A program made the position numbers and the translations under genes. A stretch of 64,000 nucleotides of DNA from Longimicrobiales bacterium (lineage in GTDB: Bacteria > Gemmatimonadota > Gemmatimonadetes > Longimicrobiales > Gaopeijiaceae), in assembly GCA_965202985.1 (NCBI GenBank), contig CBDBCF010000002.1, positions 576,001-640,000 on the forward strand, given 5' to 3'. Position 1 is the stretch's first letter, and each line of letters begins with the position of its first letter. Positions 1-8,106 of the stretch are shown piece by piece. Under the pieces are notes generated by a model. It saw nothing but the letters and a program-made list of their open reading frames with translations, was not told the DNA's origin and did not search any database.

Positions 1-444
1 GAACAGGTGGTTGTAGATGTCGAGTTCGATCGCCGTCCGGCTTCTGGCGCCGCTGGACGACAGCTCGCGAAAGCGGACGTACTTGCGTCCGAGCGCAGTG
101 TCGTCGTGCGGCGACCTGAGCGATCCGTCGGGCGCGATGACGTCTGATGCAAAGAATTCTCTGATCTGCGTGGCCGCCTCTTCCATCTCCTGGGCCGCCC
201 AAGCCTGCTCCCGGAGGATGCCTCGGTCGAGCTCCTGATCGACGACGGCGGGCAGATCCTCGACAACGAACTTCTCGATTACGTCGCGCTTGTGGTTCAG
301 TATGCGGTAGACGCCGAAGTCGAGGTCCGCCGATTCGAACTGAAAGAGTTCGCGCAGCAGGGTCTGGAACTTCACGCAAGCGGGAGTGGGCTGCCCGCCG
401 CGCGTCGCTTCGCTGGCCGTCATTTGTTTCTCGCCTTCCGTCAT
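1..444 (-). CDS. mod: Type III restriction-modification DNA methyltransferase (Mod subunit), N-terminal part; runs off the left edge
   Basis: Absent from the ORF track. Manual translation of the minus strand from ATG 444 (or 423) is open to base 1: ...KFQTLLRELFQFESADLDFGVYRILNHKRDVIEKF...IELDIYNHLF. This matches the N-terminus I recognise from type III Mod-type methylases. Catalytic motifs lie outside the window. Confidence 0.75.
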   Translation of the reverse strand, partial: MTEGEKQMTASEATRGGQPTPACVKFQTLLRELFQFESADLDFGVYRILNHKRDVIEKFVVEDLPAVVDQELDRGILREQAWAAQEMEEAATQIREFFASDVIAPDGSLRSPHDDTALGRKYVRFRELSSSGARSRTAIELDIYNHLF

Positions 445-466
445 GGGGTGGTTGTGGGCGGCAAAG

Positions 467-1264
467 CTAAAACGCCGACCGGATCGCCCAAAGGTCGGGG
501 AACGCGGGGTCGCCCAGGGTGGTGCGCAGGTACGCCGCGCCGGGCGATCCGCCGGTGCCGGGGCTGGCGCCGATCGTGCGCTCCACCATCTTCACGTGGC
601 GGTAGCGCCACTCCTGGACGCCTTCGTCCAGGTCGACCAAGCGCTCGCACAGGTTGCACAGCTCGGGGTCGGCGCGGTAGATGCGGACCAGCGCCTCTTG
701 CAACGCCGGGTTGGGCTCGACGGGGCGGGTCGGTTCGCGGTCCAGGACCTCCGCGGGGACGGCGCAGCCGCGTTGGGCCAGGAACGCCACGAAGCGGTCC
801 CACAACCCCGGGGCCCGGAACCTGCGCTCCAGCCGGCGACGCTCCTCCGAGGCCTCCGGAAAGCGTTCCAGCACGGCGCGCCGCTTGCGCCCCAGGACGA
901 ACTCCAGCTCGCGGAACTGGGCCGACTGGAAGCCGCTGGCGGACTCCAGGCGGTCGCGGAACGACTTGAACTCGACGGGCGTCATCGTCTCCAGGATGTC
1001 GAGCTGGGCCACGAGCACTTTGAGCACCGAGAGCACGCGCTTCAGCGAGGCGGCGGCCCGGGGTGCGTCGCCGTTCGCCAGCAGCAGACACACGTGGTCC
1101 AGCTCGTGGAGGACGACCTTGAACCAGAGCTCGTAGACCTGGTGGACGACGATGAAGAGCATCTCGTCGTGCTCCTCCGGGTCCGACAGCGGCGACTGCA
1201 ACGACAGCAGCTCGGGGACTTTCAGGTAGCTCTGGTAGGTGACGAAGCTGGGGTTGCCGCTCAT
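467..1264 (-). CDS. kynA: Tryptophan 2,3-dioxygenase
   Basis: C-terminal 265 aa of ORF 467..2677 (MSGNPSFVTYQSYLKV..HDEMLFIVVHQVYELWFK..SASGFQSAQFRELEF..WRYRHVKMVERTIG..GTGGSPG..FPDLW). ATG at 1264 overlaps the upstream stop (ATGA). Confidence 0.95.
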   Translation of the reverse strand: MSGNPSFVTYQSYLKVPELLSLQSPLSDPEEHDEMLFIVVHQVYELWFKVVLHELDHVCLLLANGDAPRAAASLKRVLSVLKVLVAQLDILETMTPVEFKSFRDRLESASGFQSAQFRELEFVLGRKRRAVLERFPEASEERRRLERRFRAPGLWDRFVAFLAQRGCAVPAEVLDREPTRPVEPNPALQEALVRIYRADPELCNLCERLVDLDEGVQEWRYRHVKMVERTIGASPGTGGSPGAAYLRTTLGDPAFPDLWAIRSAF

Positions 1265-3813
1265 CGGTCGCTCGTTCCGGCTGAGGGTTTGCCTTCGGGG
1301 CCGATCCCCAGGCGGGGAGTGAAGCCTTCCAGCGCTTGGTGGTACGGGTCGGGCCACGGCATCGGATGGCCCAGCGCGTAGGCGGCGTGGCGCGTCCAGT
1401 AGGGGTTCCACAGGTGGGCGCGCGCCATGAGGCACAGGTCGGCCCGCCCCGCTGCGACGATCCCGTTCACGTCTTCGAACGACGAGATGTTTCCCACGGC
1501 CATCGTGGCGACCCCGGCTTCGTGGCGGATGCGGTCGGCGAACGGCGTCTGGAACTGCCGTCCGTACTTGGGCTGCTGGTAGGGTACGGTCTGGCCCGCC
1601 GACACGTCCACCGCGTCGCACCCGACCGCCTTGAGGGCCTTGGCGATCTCCACGGCGTCCTCGGGCTCGTTGCCGCCCGGCGCCCAGTCCACCGCGGAGA
1701 TGCGCGCGGTCAGAGGCTTCTCGTCCGGCCAGACGGCACGCACCGCCGAAACCACGCGCAACGGAAAGCGCAGTCGGTTCGCCAGGCTGCCCCCGTAGTC
1801 GTCGGTGCGCTGGTTGGTCAGGGGCGACAGGAAGCTGGCCAGCAGGTAGCCGTGGGCCATGTGGACCTCGATCAGGTCGAAGCCGGCCTCCAGGGCCATC
1901 GTCGCGGCCCGCTGGAAGTCGGCCGCGACGGCGTCCATGGCGGCGGCGTCCAGCGCCTGCGGGACCGGGCTGTGCGGAAAGTAGCCCAGCGGCGACGCCG
2001 AGACGATCGGCCAGCCCCCCGCTTCCAGCGGCTCGTCGGCGCCCTCCCAGTGGATGCGCGTCGAGCCCTTGCGACCGGCGTGGCCCAGCTGGATGCCGAC
2101 CTTGGCTTGCGTGTTGCCGTGCACGAACCGGAGCACGCGACACCACGCCGCCACGTGTTCGTTTCGGTAGAGCCCGGCGCAGCCGGGGGAGATGCGGGCG
2201 TCGCGGCTCACCGCCGTCATCTCGGCGACGACCAGTCCCGCCCCGCCCACGGCCCTCGAGCCCAGGTGCACCAGGTGCCAGTCGTTCGGCGTGCCGTCTT
2301 CGGCCAAGTACTGGCACATGGCGGAGACGCCGACGCGGTTGGGCAACACCAGCTCCCGAAGGCGGAACGGCGTGAACAGGGGCGGAGGCGGTGGAGCCGG
2401 CGGGGGCGCGGGGGCCGGCTCGGGCGAGGGGGCCGACGCGGGGGCGGGGGCCGACGCGGGGGCCGCCAAGGGCACGGGGTCCTGTGCGGCGTCGGGCACG
2501 CAAGGTACGCCGGTTTGAGCCTCGGCCTGGGCGGCCACCCATCGGTCCACTTCCGCCACGAAGGCCGGGTCGCGCTCGCGCAGGTTCTCGTGAGAGATGC
2601 GCAGGCTGCGCGTCAGGAGCGAGAACGCGAACTGAATCGGCGCCATGTCCATGTAGCGCTCCGTGTCCTCGAACCACTGCAGGCTGGCCTGGGCGGCCCT
2701 TTGGAGAGACTCGACGGCAGGTCGGCGTTCGGCTTCGTAAGCGGCCAGGGCGGTGGTCGGGGCGTCGGGCGTGTCCATGGCGTTGGCCAGGGCAATGGCG
2801 TCCTGCATGGCCAGCCGCGTTCCCGACCCCACCGAGAAGTGGGCCGTATGGGCGGCGTCCCCCAACAGCACCAGGGGCGACGGCGGGTGGACGGGCTCGT
2901 CGGCGTCGGCACCCCCGGCGACGGCCTGCTCGTCAACCTCGGCCGACGCCCACCAGCGCCCGCAGCGCACCGTGGGAAAGCGCCGCCACATGGAGCGGTT
3001 GCCGACCAGCGGGCTGTCGCCCAGTTCTTCGCGGAACAGGTGCGAAAGGAACCGGATCGTCTCGGGCTCGGAGGCCTGTTCCATGCCGGCTCGCCGCCAC
3101 GTGTCGTCCGTGGCCTCCACGATGAACGTCGAGGCCCCGGCAGCGTCGTACTGGTAGGCGTGCACCCGCCACAGCCCGTGCCGGCTCTCCTTGAAGTGAA
3201 AGGTGAACGCGGGAAAGGGCCTCGCGACGCCCAGCCAGACGAAGCGGTTGGGGCGAAGGTCTGCCTCGGGCTGGAACGTCCGCGCGAAGCGTTGCCGGAG
3301 TGCGCTGCCGGCACCGTCCGCGGCCACTACCAGGTCGGCGTCCCAGAGAGCTTCGCCGGAGGGGAGGACGGCGCCGGACGGGACGGCCGGGTCGGAGTGA
3401 TGGTCCGCGCTGAACGGTGGGGGCGCGTTCGTGCGGCTGGGATCGGCCTCGCCGACTTCGGTCTCGAAGTGGAGGTCGACGCCCAGCTCATGGCAGCGTC
3501 GGTGCAGGACGCCCAGCAGCGTCCGCCGAGACAGCCCTGCAAAGCCGTGGCCGGTGGACTCCAGTCGGCGGCCCCGGTAGTGCACGTGGATGTCGTCCCA
3601 GTGGTGAAAGGCCTCCGTCATGGCCTGGTGCGTCTCGGGGTCGGCGGACCGGACCTCTTCCAGCGCCGCGTCCGAGAAGACCACGCCGAAGCCGAAGGTG
3701 TCGTCCGGGCGGTTGCGCTCGAAAACGCGAACCGGGCGCGACGGGTCCGCCTTTTTGAGCAGCACCGCCGCAAGCAGGCCGCCGGGCCCGCCCCCGACGA
3801 CGTGGATCCTCAA
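1261..3813 (-). CDS. abmA: Bifunctional anthraniloyl-CoA monooxygenase/reductase (salicylyl-CoA 5-hydroxylase family)
   Basis: N-terminal FAD monooxygenase (GGGPGG, DTFGFGVVFSD, GDAAHTAHFSVGSGTRLAM) fused through a Pro/Ala linker to an Old Yellow Enzyme domain (SAMCQY, QLGHAGRK, HMAHGYLLASFLSPLTN). Confidence 0.92.
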   Translation of the reverse strand: MRIHVVGGGPGGLLAAVLLKKADPSRPVRVFERNRPDDTFGFGVVFSDAALEEVRSADPETHQAMTEAFHHWDDIHVHYRGRRLESTGHGFAGLSRRTLLGVLHRRCHELGVDLHFETEVGEADPSRTNAPPPFSADHHSDPAVPSGAVLPSGEALWDADLVVAADGAGSALRQRFARTFQPEADLRPNRFVWLGVARPFPAFTFHFKESRHGLWRVHAYQYDAAGASTFIVEATDDTWRRAGMEQASEPETIRFLSHLFREELGDSPLVGNRSMWRRFPTVRCGRWWASAEVDEQAVAGGADADEPVHPPSPLVLLGDAAHTAHFSVGSGTRLAMQDAIALANAMDTPDAPTTALAAYEAERRPAVESLQRAAQASLQWFEDTERYMDMAPIQFAFSLLTRSLRISHENLRERDPAFVAEVDRWVAAQAEAQTGVPCVPDAAQDPVPLAAPASAPAPASAPSPEPAPAPPPAPPPPPLFTPFRLRELVLPNRVGVSAMCQYLAEDGTPNDWHLVHLGSRAVGGAGLVVAEMTAVSRDARISPGCAGLYRNEHVAAWCRVLRFVHGNTQAKVGIQLGHAGRKGSTRIHWEGADEPLEAGGWPIVSASPLGYFPHSPVPQALDAAAMDAVAADFQRAATMALEAGFDLIEVHMAHGYLLASFLSPLTNQRTDDYGGSLANRLRFPLRVVSAVRAVWPDEKPLTARISAVDWAPGGNEPEDAVEIAKALKAVGCDAVDVSAGQTVPYQQPKYGRQFQTPFADRIRHEAGVATMAVGNISSFEDVNGIVAAGRADLCLMARAHLWNPYWTRHAAYALGHPMPWPDPYHQALEGFTPRLGIGPEGKPSAGTSDR

Positions 3814-5105
3814 GGGCCGCCCGGCGTACGCGGAGCTGGGTTAGCCGTCGGGACCGGTAGGCGCTCCATCGACCCGGGCTTGCCCGTCACTCGCCGCGTC
3901 CCCTTCACCAGCGCGCCCCCGATGATCAGCTGCTGGATCTCGGTGGTGCCTTCGTAGATGCGAAGCGCGCGGACGCTCCGGTAGAGGTGGTCCAGGGGGT
4001 GGTCGGCCAGCACGCCCCTGCCTCCCAGCACCTGCACCGCTCGATCCACGATCCGCTGGGCGGCCTCGGTGGCGAAGGATTTGGCCATGGCGGCCTCCTG
4101 TGTGATCCGGTCGGCGCCCCGGTCCTTCTTCCATGCCGCGCGATAGGCGAGAAGCCGAGCCGCGTCCAGCTCCGTGGCCGACGCTGCCAGCTTCTGCCGG
4201 ATCAACTGAAACGAGCCCAGGGGGGCGCCGAACTGGGTCCGCCGGCGAGCGTGGCGCACGGCCTCCCACAGTGCCCGACCGGCCATGCCGCACGCCGCCG
4301 CCGCCACGGTGGGGCGGAGTCTGTCCAGCGTGGCCAAGCCCGTCTTGAGGCCGCTGCCTTCGGGTCCCAGACGAGCCGATTTCGGGATCCGGCAGTCGTC
4401 GAAGCGAACTTCGCCCAGCGGATGAGGGGCGCTCATGACAAATGCTTTGACAAATACTACCCCTTTTTTGTCATTTGGAACGACGAAACAAGAGATCGTA
4501 TCGCTGTCACTGGCCGCTTGAACGTCAGATTTGACAGATTGCTTCCCTGTTTTGGCAAAAACCACGTAGAAGTCTGCGATGCCGGCGTTGGAGACGAACG
4601 CCTTGCCGCCGGTCAGATTGTACGCTTCGCCGTCGGGGTCGCACACGGCCCGCGTGGTCATCGACGCCACGTCGGAGCCCGCGTCCCGCTCGGTCATGGC
4701 GAAGGCGCCCATGGCGCGTCCGGCCAACGCTCGCTCCGCCCAGCCGTCGGGGTCTCGGTCGTGCAGAAGCGCCGGGGTGGCGCTGAGGGCCTGCAGGGCG
4801 AAGACGGCGTCGGCCAGCGGCGACCACCACGCCAGCTGTTCTCGCGCGATCAGGCATCCGCGAGCGTCGCCGTCCGCGATCGGAGCGTACAGTCCGGCGT
4901 CTCCCATGAGCCGAACGAGCTGCCGGGCGCGGACTCGGGCTTCGTCGTCCGTTGCCGGGTCGGGGGCGTCGCGCAAGCACTCGCGGCAGAACGCCGCCAC
5001 GCGCTCCCTATAGTCGTGGTGAGCCGGTTCCACGAACGCCGCGACCGTGTCCAGCGACAGCCCCTGCCCTGCCCCCGCCGGCGCCTCGCGCGTCGTGCTA
5101 GGCAA
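3810..5105 (-). CDS. Acyl-CoA dehydrogenase (AbmD-like)
   Basis: [31 protein letters not shown] and [10 protein letters not shown] motifs; stop overlaps the abmA start. Confidence 0.92.
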   Translation of the reverse strand: MPSTTREAPAGAGQGLSLDTVAAFVEPAHHDYRERVAAFCRECLRDAPDPATDDEARVRARQLVRLMGDAGLYAPIADGDARGCLIAREQLAWWSPLADAVFALQALSATPALLHDRDPDGWAERALAGRAMGAFAMTERDAGSDVASMTTRAVCDPDGEAYNLTGGKAFVSNAGIADFYVVFAKTGKQSVKSDVQAASDSDTISCFVVPNDKKGVVFVKAFVMSAPHPLGEVRFDDCRIPKSARLGPEGSGLKTGLATLDRLRPTVAAAACGMAGRALWEAVRHARRRTQFGAPLGSFQLIRQKLAASATELDAARLLAYRAAWKKDRGADRITQEAAMAKSFATEAAQRIVDRAVQVLGGRGVLADHPLDHLYRSVRALRIYEGTTEIQQLIIGGALVKGTRRVTGKPGSMERLPVPTANPAPRTPGGP

Positions 5106-5901
5106 ACTGCGGGTCGCGCTTCTCGGCGAAGGCCTTGCGGGCTTCCCGGAAGTTTTCGTGGGTCATGCACGCCGCCTGGGCCCGCGCCTCGTCTTCCAGG
5201 GCGGCATCCAAGTCCATGTGAGCTTCCCGGTTCAGCGCCTCCTTCGTGACGCCCAGTGCGAACGACGGACCGCGGGCGAGCGACTCCGCGAAGGCGGTGG
5301 CCTCGGGCAGCGCCTGGCCGTCGGGCACCACGCGATTGTAGAGGCCGATCCGGTGGGCCTCGGCCGCGCTGGCGAAGGCGCCCGACATGAGAAGCTCGGT
5401 GGCGCGCCCCAGGCCGACGATGCGGGGAAGCATCCAGGCCGCGCCCATGTCGGCGCCGGACAGTCCCACACGCGTGAACAGGAAGGCGATCTTGGCGGAC
5501 TCGGCCGCGATGCGCGCGTCGCAGGCCGTCGCGATGACGGCGCCCGCCCCTGCCACCGTGCCGTTCAGGGCCGCGACCACGGGCTTGCGGCAGCGACGGA
5601 TCGCCAGCACCAGGTCGCACGTCATGCGGGTGAACTCCAGAAGCGCCTCGTAGCTGCGGCCCAGGAGCGGGCCGATGATCTCGTCCACGTCGCCGCCCGA
5701 GCAGAAGGCGCGCCCCGTCCCGGTGATCACCACTGCGCGGACCTCCGGCGCGCGATCCAGTGTGCGGAACCCTCTCCGCAGCTCGTCGTACACCTCGAAG
5801 GTGAGCGCGTTGAGCCGCTCCGGCCGGTTCAAGATGATCCGGGCCACGGAGGTCGCCGGGTCCGTTTCCAGCAGGAAGGAGCTAGGGGAAAACGGCGTCA
5901 T
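5098..5901 (-). CDS. Enoyl-CoA hydratase/isomerase (AbmC-like)
   Basis: LNRPERLNAL, GRAFCSGGD, KPVVAALNGTVAGAG and GADMGAAWMLPRIVG crotonase motifs. Confidence 0.93.
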   Translation of the reverse strand: MTPFSPSSFLLETDPATSVARIILNRPERLNALTFEVYDELRRGFRTLDRAPEVRAVVITGTGRAFCSGGDVDEIIGPLLGRSYEALLEFTRMTCDLVLAIRRCRKPVVAALNGTVAGAGAVIATACDARIAAESAKIAFLFTRVGLSGADMGAAWMLPRIVGLGRATELLMSGAFASAAEAHRIGLYNRVVPDGQALPEATAFAESLARGPSFALGVTKEALNREAHMDLDAALEDEARAQAACMTHENFREARKAFAEKRDPQFA

Positions 5902-5978
5902 CCGACCTGCGCGGCGGTCGCAGCCGCGACCGTAAAGTCGCCTTGGGCAAAGAATCGGCGGATGCGTTCCATGCCTGC

Positions 5979-6008
5979 CAATTACCCGCTTCCCCGCCCG
6001 CCCGTCAA
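5979..6008 (-). promoter_or_regulatory. Putative sigma70 promoter for the ech-acad-abmA-kynA half-cluster
   Basis: Minus strand TTGACG (6008-6003), 18-nt spacer, TAATTG (5984-5979). The -10 element is imperfect. Confidence 0.35.
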
Positions 6009-6118
6009 ACGCGCTTGCCGTCGGCTTCCGGTGCGGGCGGGGTCTGACGAAAACTCCGGGAATGCCCCATCGTAGGGGGGGACAGGCGGCGAAAGCAGCG
6101 AATCGGGGAGAAAAGCGG

Positions 6119-6667
6119 ATGACGAAGCAAGGCCGGGATCCACGGGATGGCCGGGGTCGACCGGATGGCCGGAATCAATGGGATAGCCAGAGTCCACGGA
6201 GACGGACGACGACTGGGGGACGGTGCTCGCGCCCCACGCTCGCGTCGGCGACGTTCCTCTTGGCATGGGCAACGGCCTTTGCCGTCGCCGGTTGCGGAAT
6301 ACGGCCTCGCGCCGCCGTGCCCGACGCCAACGCGGGACGGATCATCACGGCGGAGGAGATCGCGGACACCGAGGCCACCACGATGTGGGAAGCGTTGCGG
6401 CGAACCGTTCGTTACGTGCGCTTCGAGGAATCGGGAACCGGCGACCCGGAGCGGGTTCATCGGCGCGGCTCGTCCAGCATCGCGATGGCCGACGACGCCC
6501 GCATCTACGTGGACGGCGTGCGCGTCCGGGACGTGAGCCTGCTGGCGTCGCTGCCGGCCCGCAACATCGAGCGGATCCAGGTGCTGACGGGCGTGCACGC
6601 CACGACCTACTACGGCACCAACGCCGGCGACGGCGTGATCCTGATTCGGACGCGGGAGCCCGGTTGA
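6119..6667 (+). CDS. Small lipoprotein with stand-alone TonB-dependent receptor plug domain
   Basis: GGAG RBS before ATG 6119; lipobox-like FAVAG-C; plug motifs ITAEEI, IYVDGVR and IERIQVL..ATTYYGTNAGDGVILIRT; no barrel domain. Confidence 0.8.
   Translation: MTKQGRDPRDGRGRPDGRNQWDSQSPRRRTTTGGRCSRPTLASATFLLAWATAFAVAGCGIRPRAAVPDANAGRIITAEEIADTEATTMWEALRRTVRYVRFEESGTGDPERVHRRGSSSIAMADDARIYVDGVRVRDVSLLASLPARNIERIQVLTGVHATTYYGTNAGDGVILIRTREPG
6131..6202 (+). repeat. Degenerate 18-bp tandem repeat, about 4 copies
   Basis: GGCCGGGATCCACGGGAT / GGCCGGGGTCGACCGGAT / GGCCGGAATCAATGGGAT / AGCCAGAGTCCACGGAGA. Confidence 0.7.
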
Positions 6668-6691
6668 GGGCACCCGGAGAACACCGCTTCG

Positions 6692-6739
6692 GGCGGGCGC
6701 GGGCGGACGGGCTTCACTGCCCCGTCGCCCGCGCCCGCC
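6692..6739. terminator. GC-rich hairpin between convergent genes (probable bidirectional terminator)
   Basis: GGCGGGCGCGGGCG(G)ACGGG pairs with CCCGTCGCCCGCGCCCGCC; no clear U-tract. Confidence 0.6.
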
Positions 6740-6755
6740 TCGTCGCTCTAGGCGG

Positions 6756-8096
6756 CTAGGCCGAGCGGTCCAAGCAGAGGCTCTGGCCTTCGAGTCCGGC
6801 CAGCGCCTCGTTCTCGTGCTCCTCGAAGGGGATGGGGAAGTTCACGTCGACGCCGTAGGCGCCACCCTTGAAGAACGAACCCGACGGGAACACGTCGTCG
6901 GCCGCAAAGCCGTAGTGGCGGACCAGCCGTCGCAGGTCGCCCAGACGGTGGGCGGTGCCGAAGAGCCACCGCGCCCTCTCGTCGAAGAGCATCCGCAACC
7001 GCGCGTCCCCGTCGCCGGGGTCCTCCAGGGCGGCCATCCCGGCCGTCCGCAACCCGTTCAGCGTCTCCAGCCACGACCCGCCGTTGGACAGCTCGTGCTC
7101 GGCTTGGATGAGCCGGGCCTCCACGCCGCTGGCCAGCACCACGTCCGACTCCTCCGAGTCGTACTTGAGCTGGTGGTAGAGCGGCGTCTCTTCGTCGAAG
7201 CCCGTGCCGCCCGAGTCCTCCCAAGGCACGCGGGAGTCCTCCGCCGAACGGAACGCCACGCCGTTGCCGCCCTCCATGTCGGAAAGCGACCATCTGCGCT
7301 GCCGGTGGTTGAGCTCGAAGACGGCGTTCCGCTGGCCCGCCGTGCCGCCCGCCTTGCTGCGGACGCTGTAGGTCCAGTCGTCGGGCACTTGGGCGGCGGC
7401 CGCCGCCGCTCCGGCCAGATCGCCGGCCGCCAAGCGCGCCCTGGCCAAGCCCACGGCCGCCAAGTGGCCCTGAGTGGCGTCGCCCGACGCCGCTGCCGTG
7501 GCCGAACCGAAGCTGGTCTGGGCGGCGTCCAGGACTTGGGCGGTGGTCTGTCGGTCGCCGTAGACGATGTCGCCCTCGTTGGGCGTCGAGCTGAACGGAA
7601 CGCCCGAGCAGTAGTGCTCGGCGAAGAAGAGGTTGGTGAACCCGTTCAGGTTCCACATCTCGGCGATTCGGGAGTCGCCCGGCAGCAGCTCGACCATGCG
7701 GTCCGCCGCGTTCTGCGTGCCCACTCGCGCCCGGTGCAGCGTTCGGTACTGTCCCAGAAGCGTGCCGTTGCGGTCGTCCATCTCGCGTCGGTCCACCTCG
7801 TTCCGCGTGGGGAAGGTGCCGGACAGGTGGAACTCGTCGGCGAGCATCCCGGAGTAGACGACCTGTCCCCCCCCCCCACTCGAGAAGGCGCCCGCGAAGA
7901 GGCCGATGGCCCCGGCCCAGTACAGCTCGGCGCCCTTTGCGCCCTGCACGTTGTCGGGCGTCACGATGTCGGGGTCCGTGACTTGGAGCAGCTCGTCCGG
8001 GTTGCAGGCGGCGGACGCCAGCAGCAGCACCGTCGCGAGCGCCGTCGCGGCCCGTCTCGGGGACCGGCCACGGCGCATGTTGATCTTCGTCGTCAT
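6756..8096 (-). CDS. susD: RagB/SusD-family outer-membrane substrate-binding lipoprotein
   Basis: Lipobox ASAA-C; EARLIQAE, ERARWLFGTAHRLGDLRRL and FPIPFEE motifs; directly downstream of susC. Confidence 0.88.
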   Translation of the reverse strand: MTTKINMRRGRSPRRAATALATVLLLASAACNPDELLQVTDPDIVTPDNVQGAKGAELYWAGAIGLFAGAFSSGGGGQVVYSGMLADEFHLSGTFPTRNEVDRREMDDRNGTLLGQYRTLHRARVGTQNAADRMVELLPGDSRIAEMWNLNGFTNLFFAEHYCSGVPFSSTPNEGDIVYGDRQTTAQVLDAAQTSFGSATAAASGDATQGHLAAVGLARARLAAGDLAGAAAAAAQVPDDWTYSVRSKAGGTAGQRNAVFELNHRQRRWSLSDMEGGNGVAFRSAEDSRVPWEDSGGTGFDEETPLYHQLKYDSEESDVVLASGVEARLIQAEHELSNGGSWLETLNGLRTAGMAALEDPGDGDARLRMLFDERARWLFGTAHRLGDLRRLVRHYGFAADDVFPSGSFFKGGAYGVDVNFPIPFEEHENEALAGLEGQSLCLDRSA

Positions 8097-8106
8097 GATC
8101 GGTCTC

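Noticed and set aside
2380..2470. Pro/Ala repeat linker in abmA (and Ala/Gly/Pro insertion in the PPIase, about 38480-38680)
   Set aside because: Ordinary low-complexity interdomain expansions with reading frames intact.
6131..6202. CRISPR-like array
   Set aside because: 18-bp contiguous degenerate repeats without spacers, inside a coding region; no cas genes.
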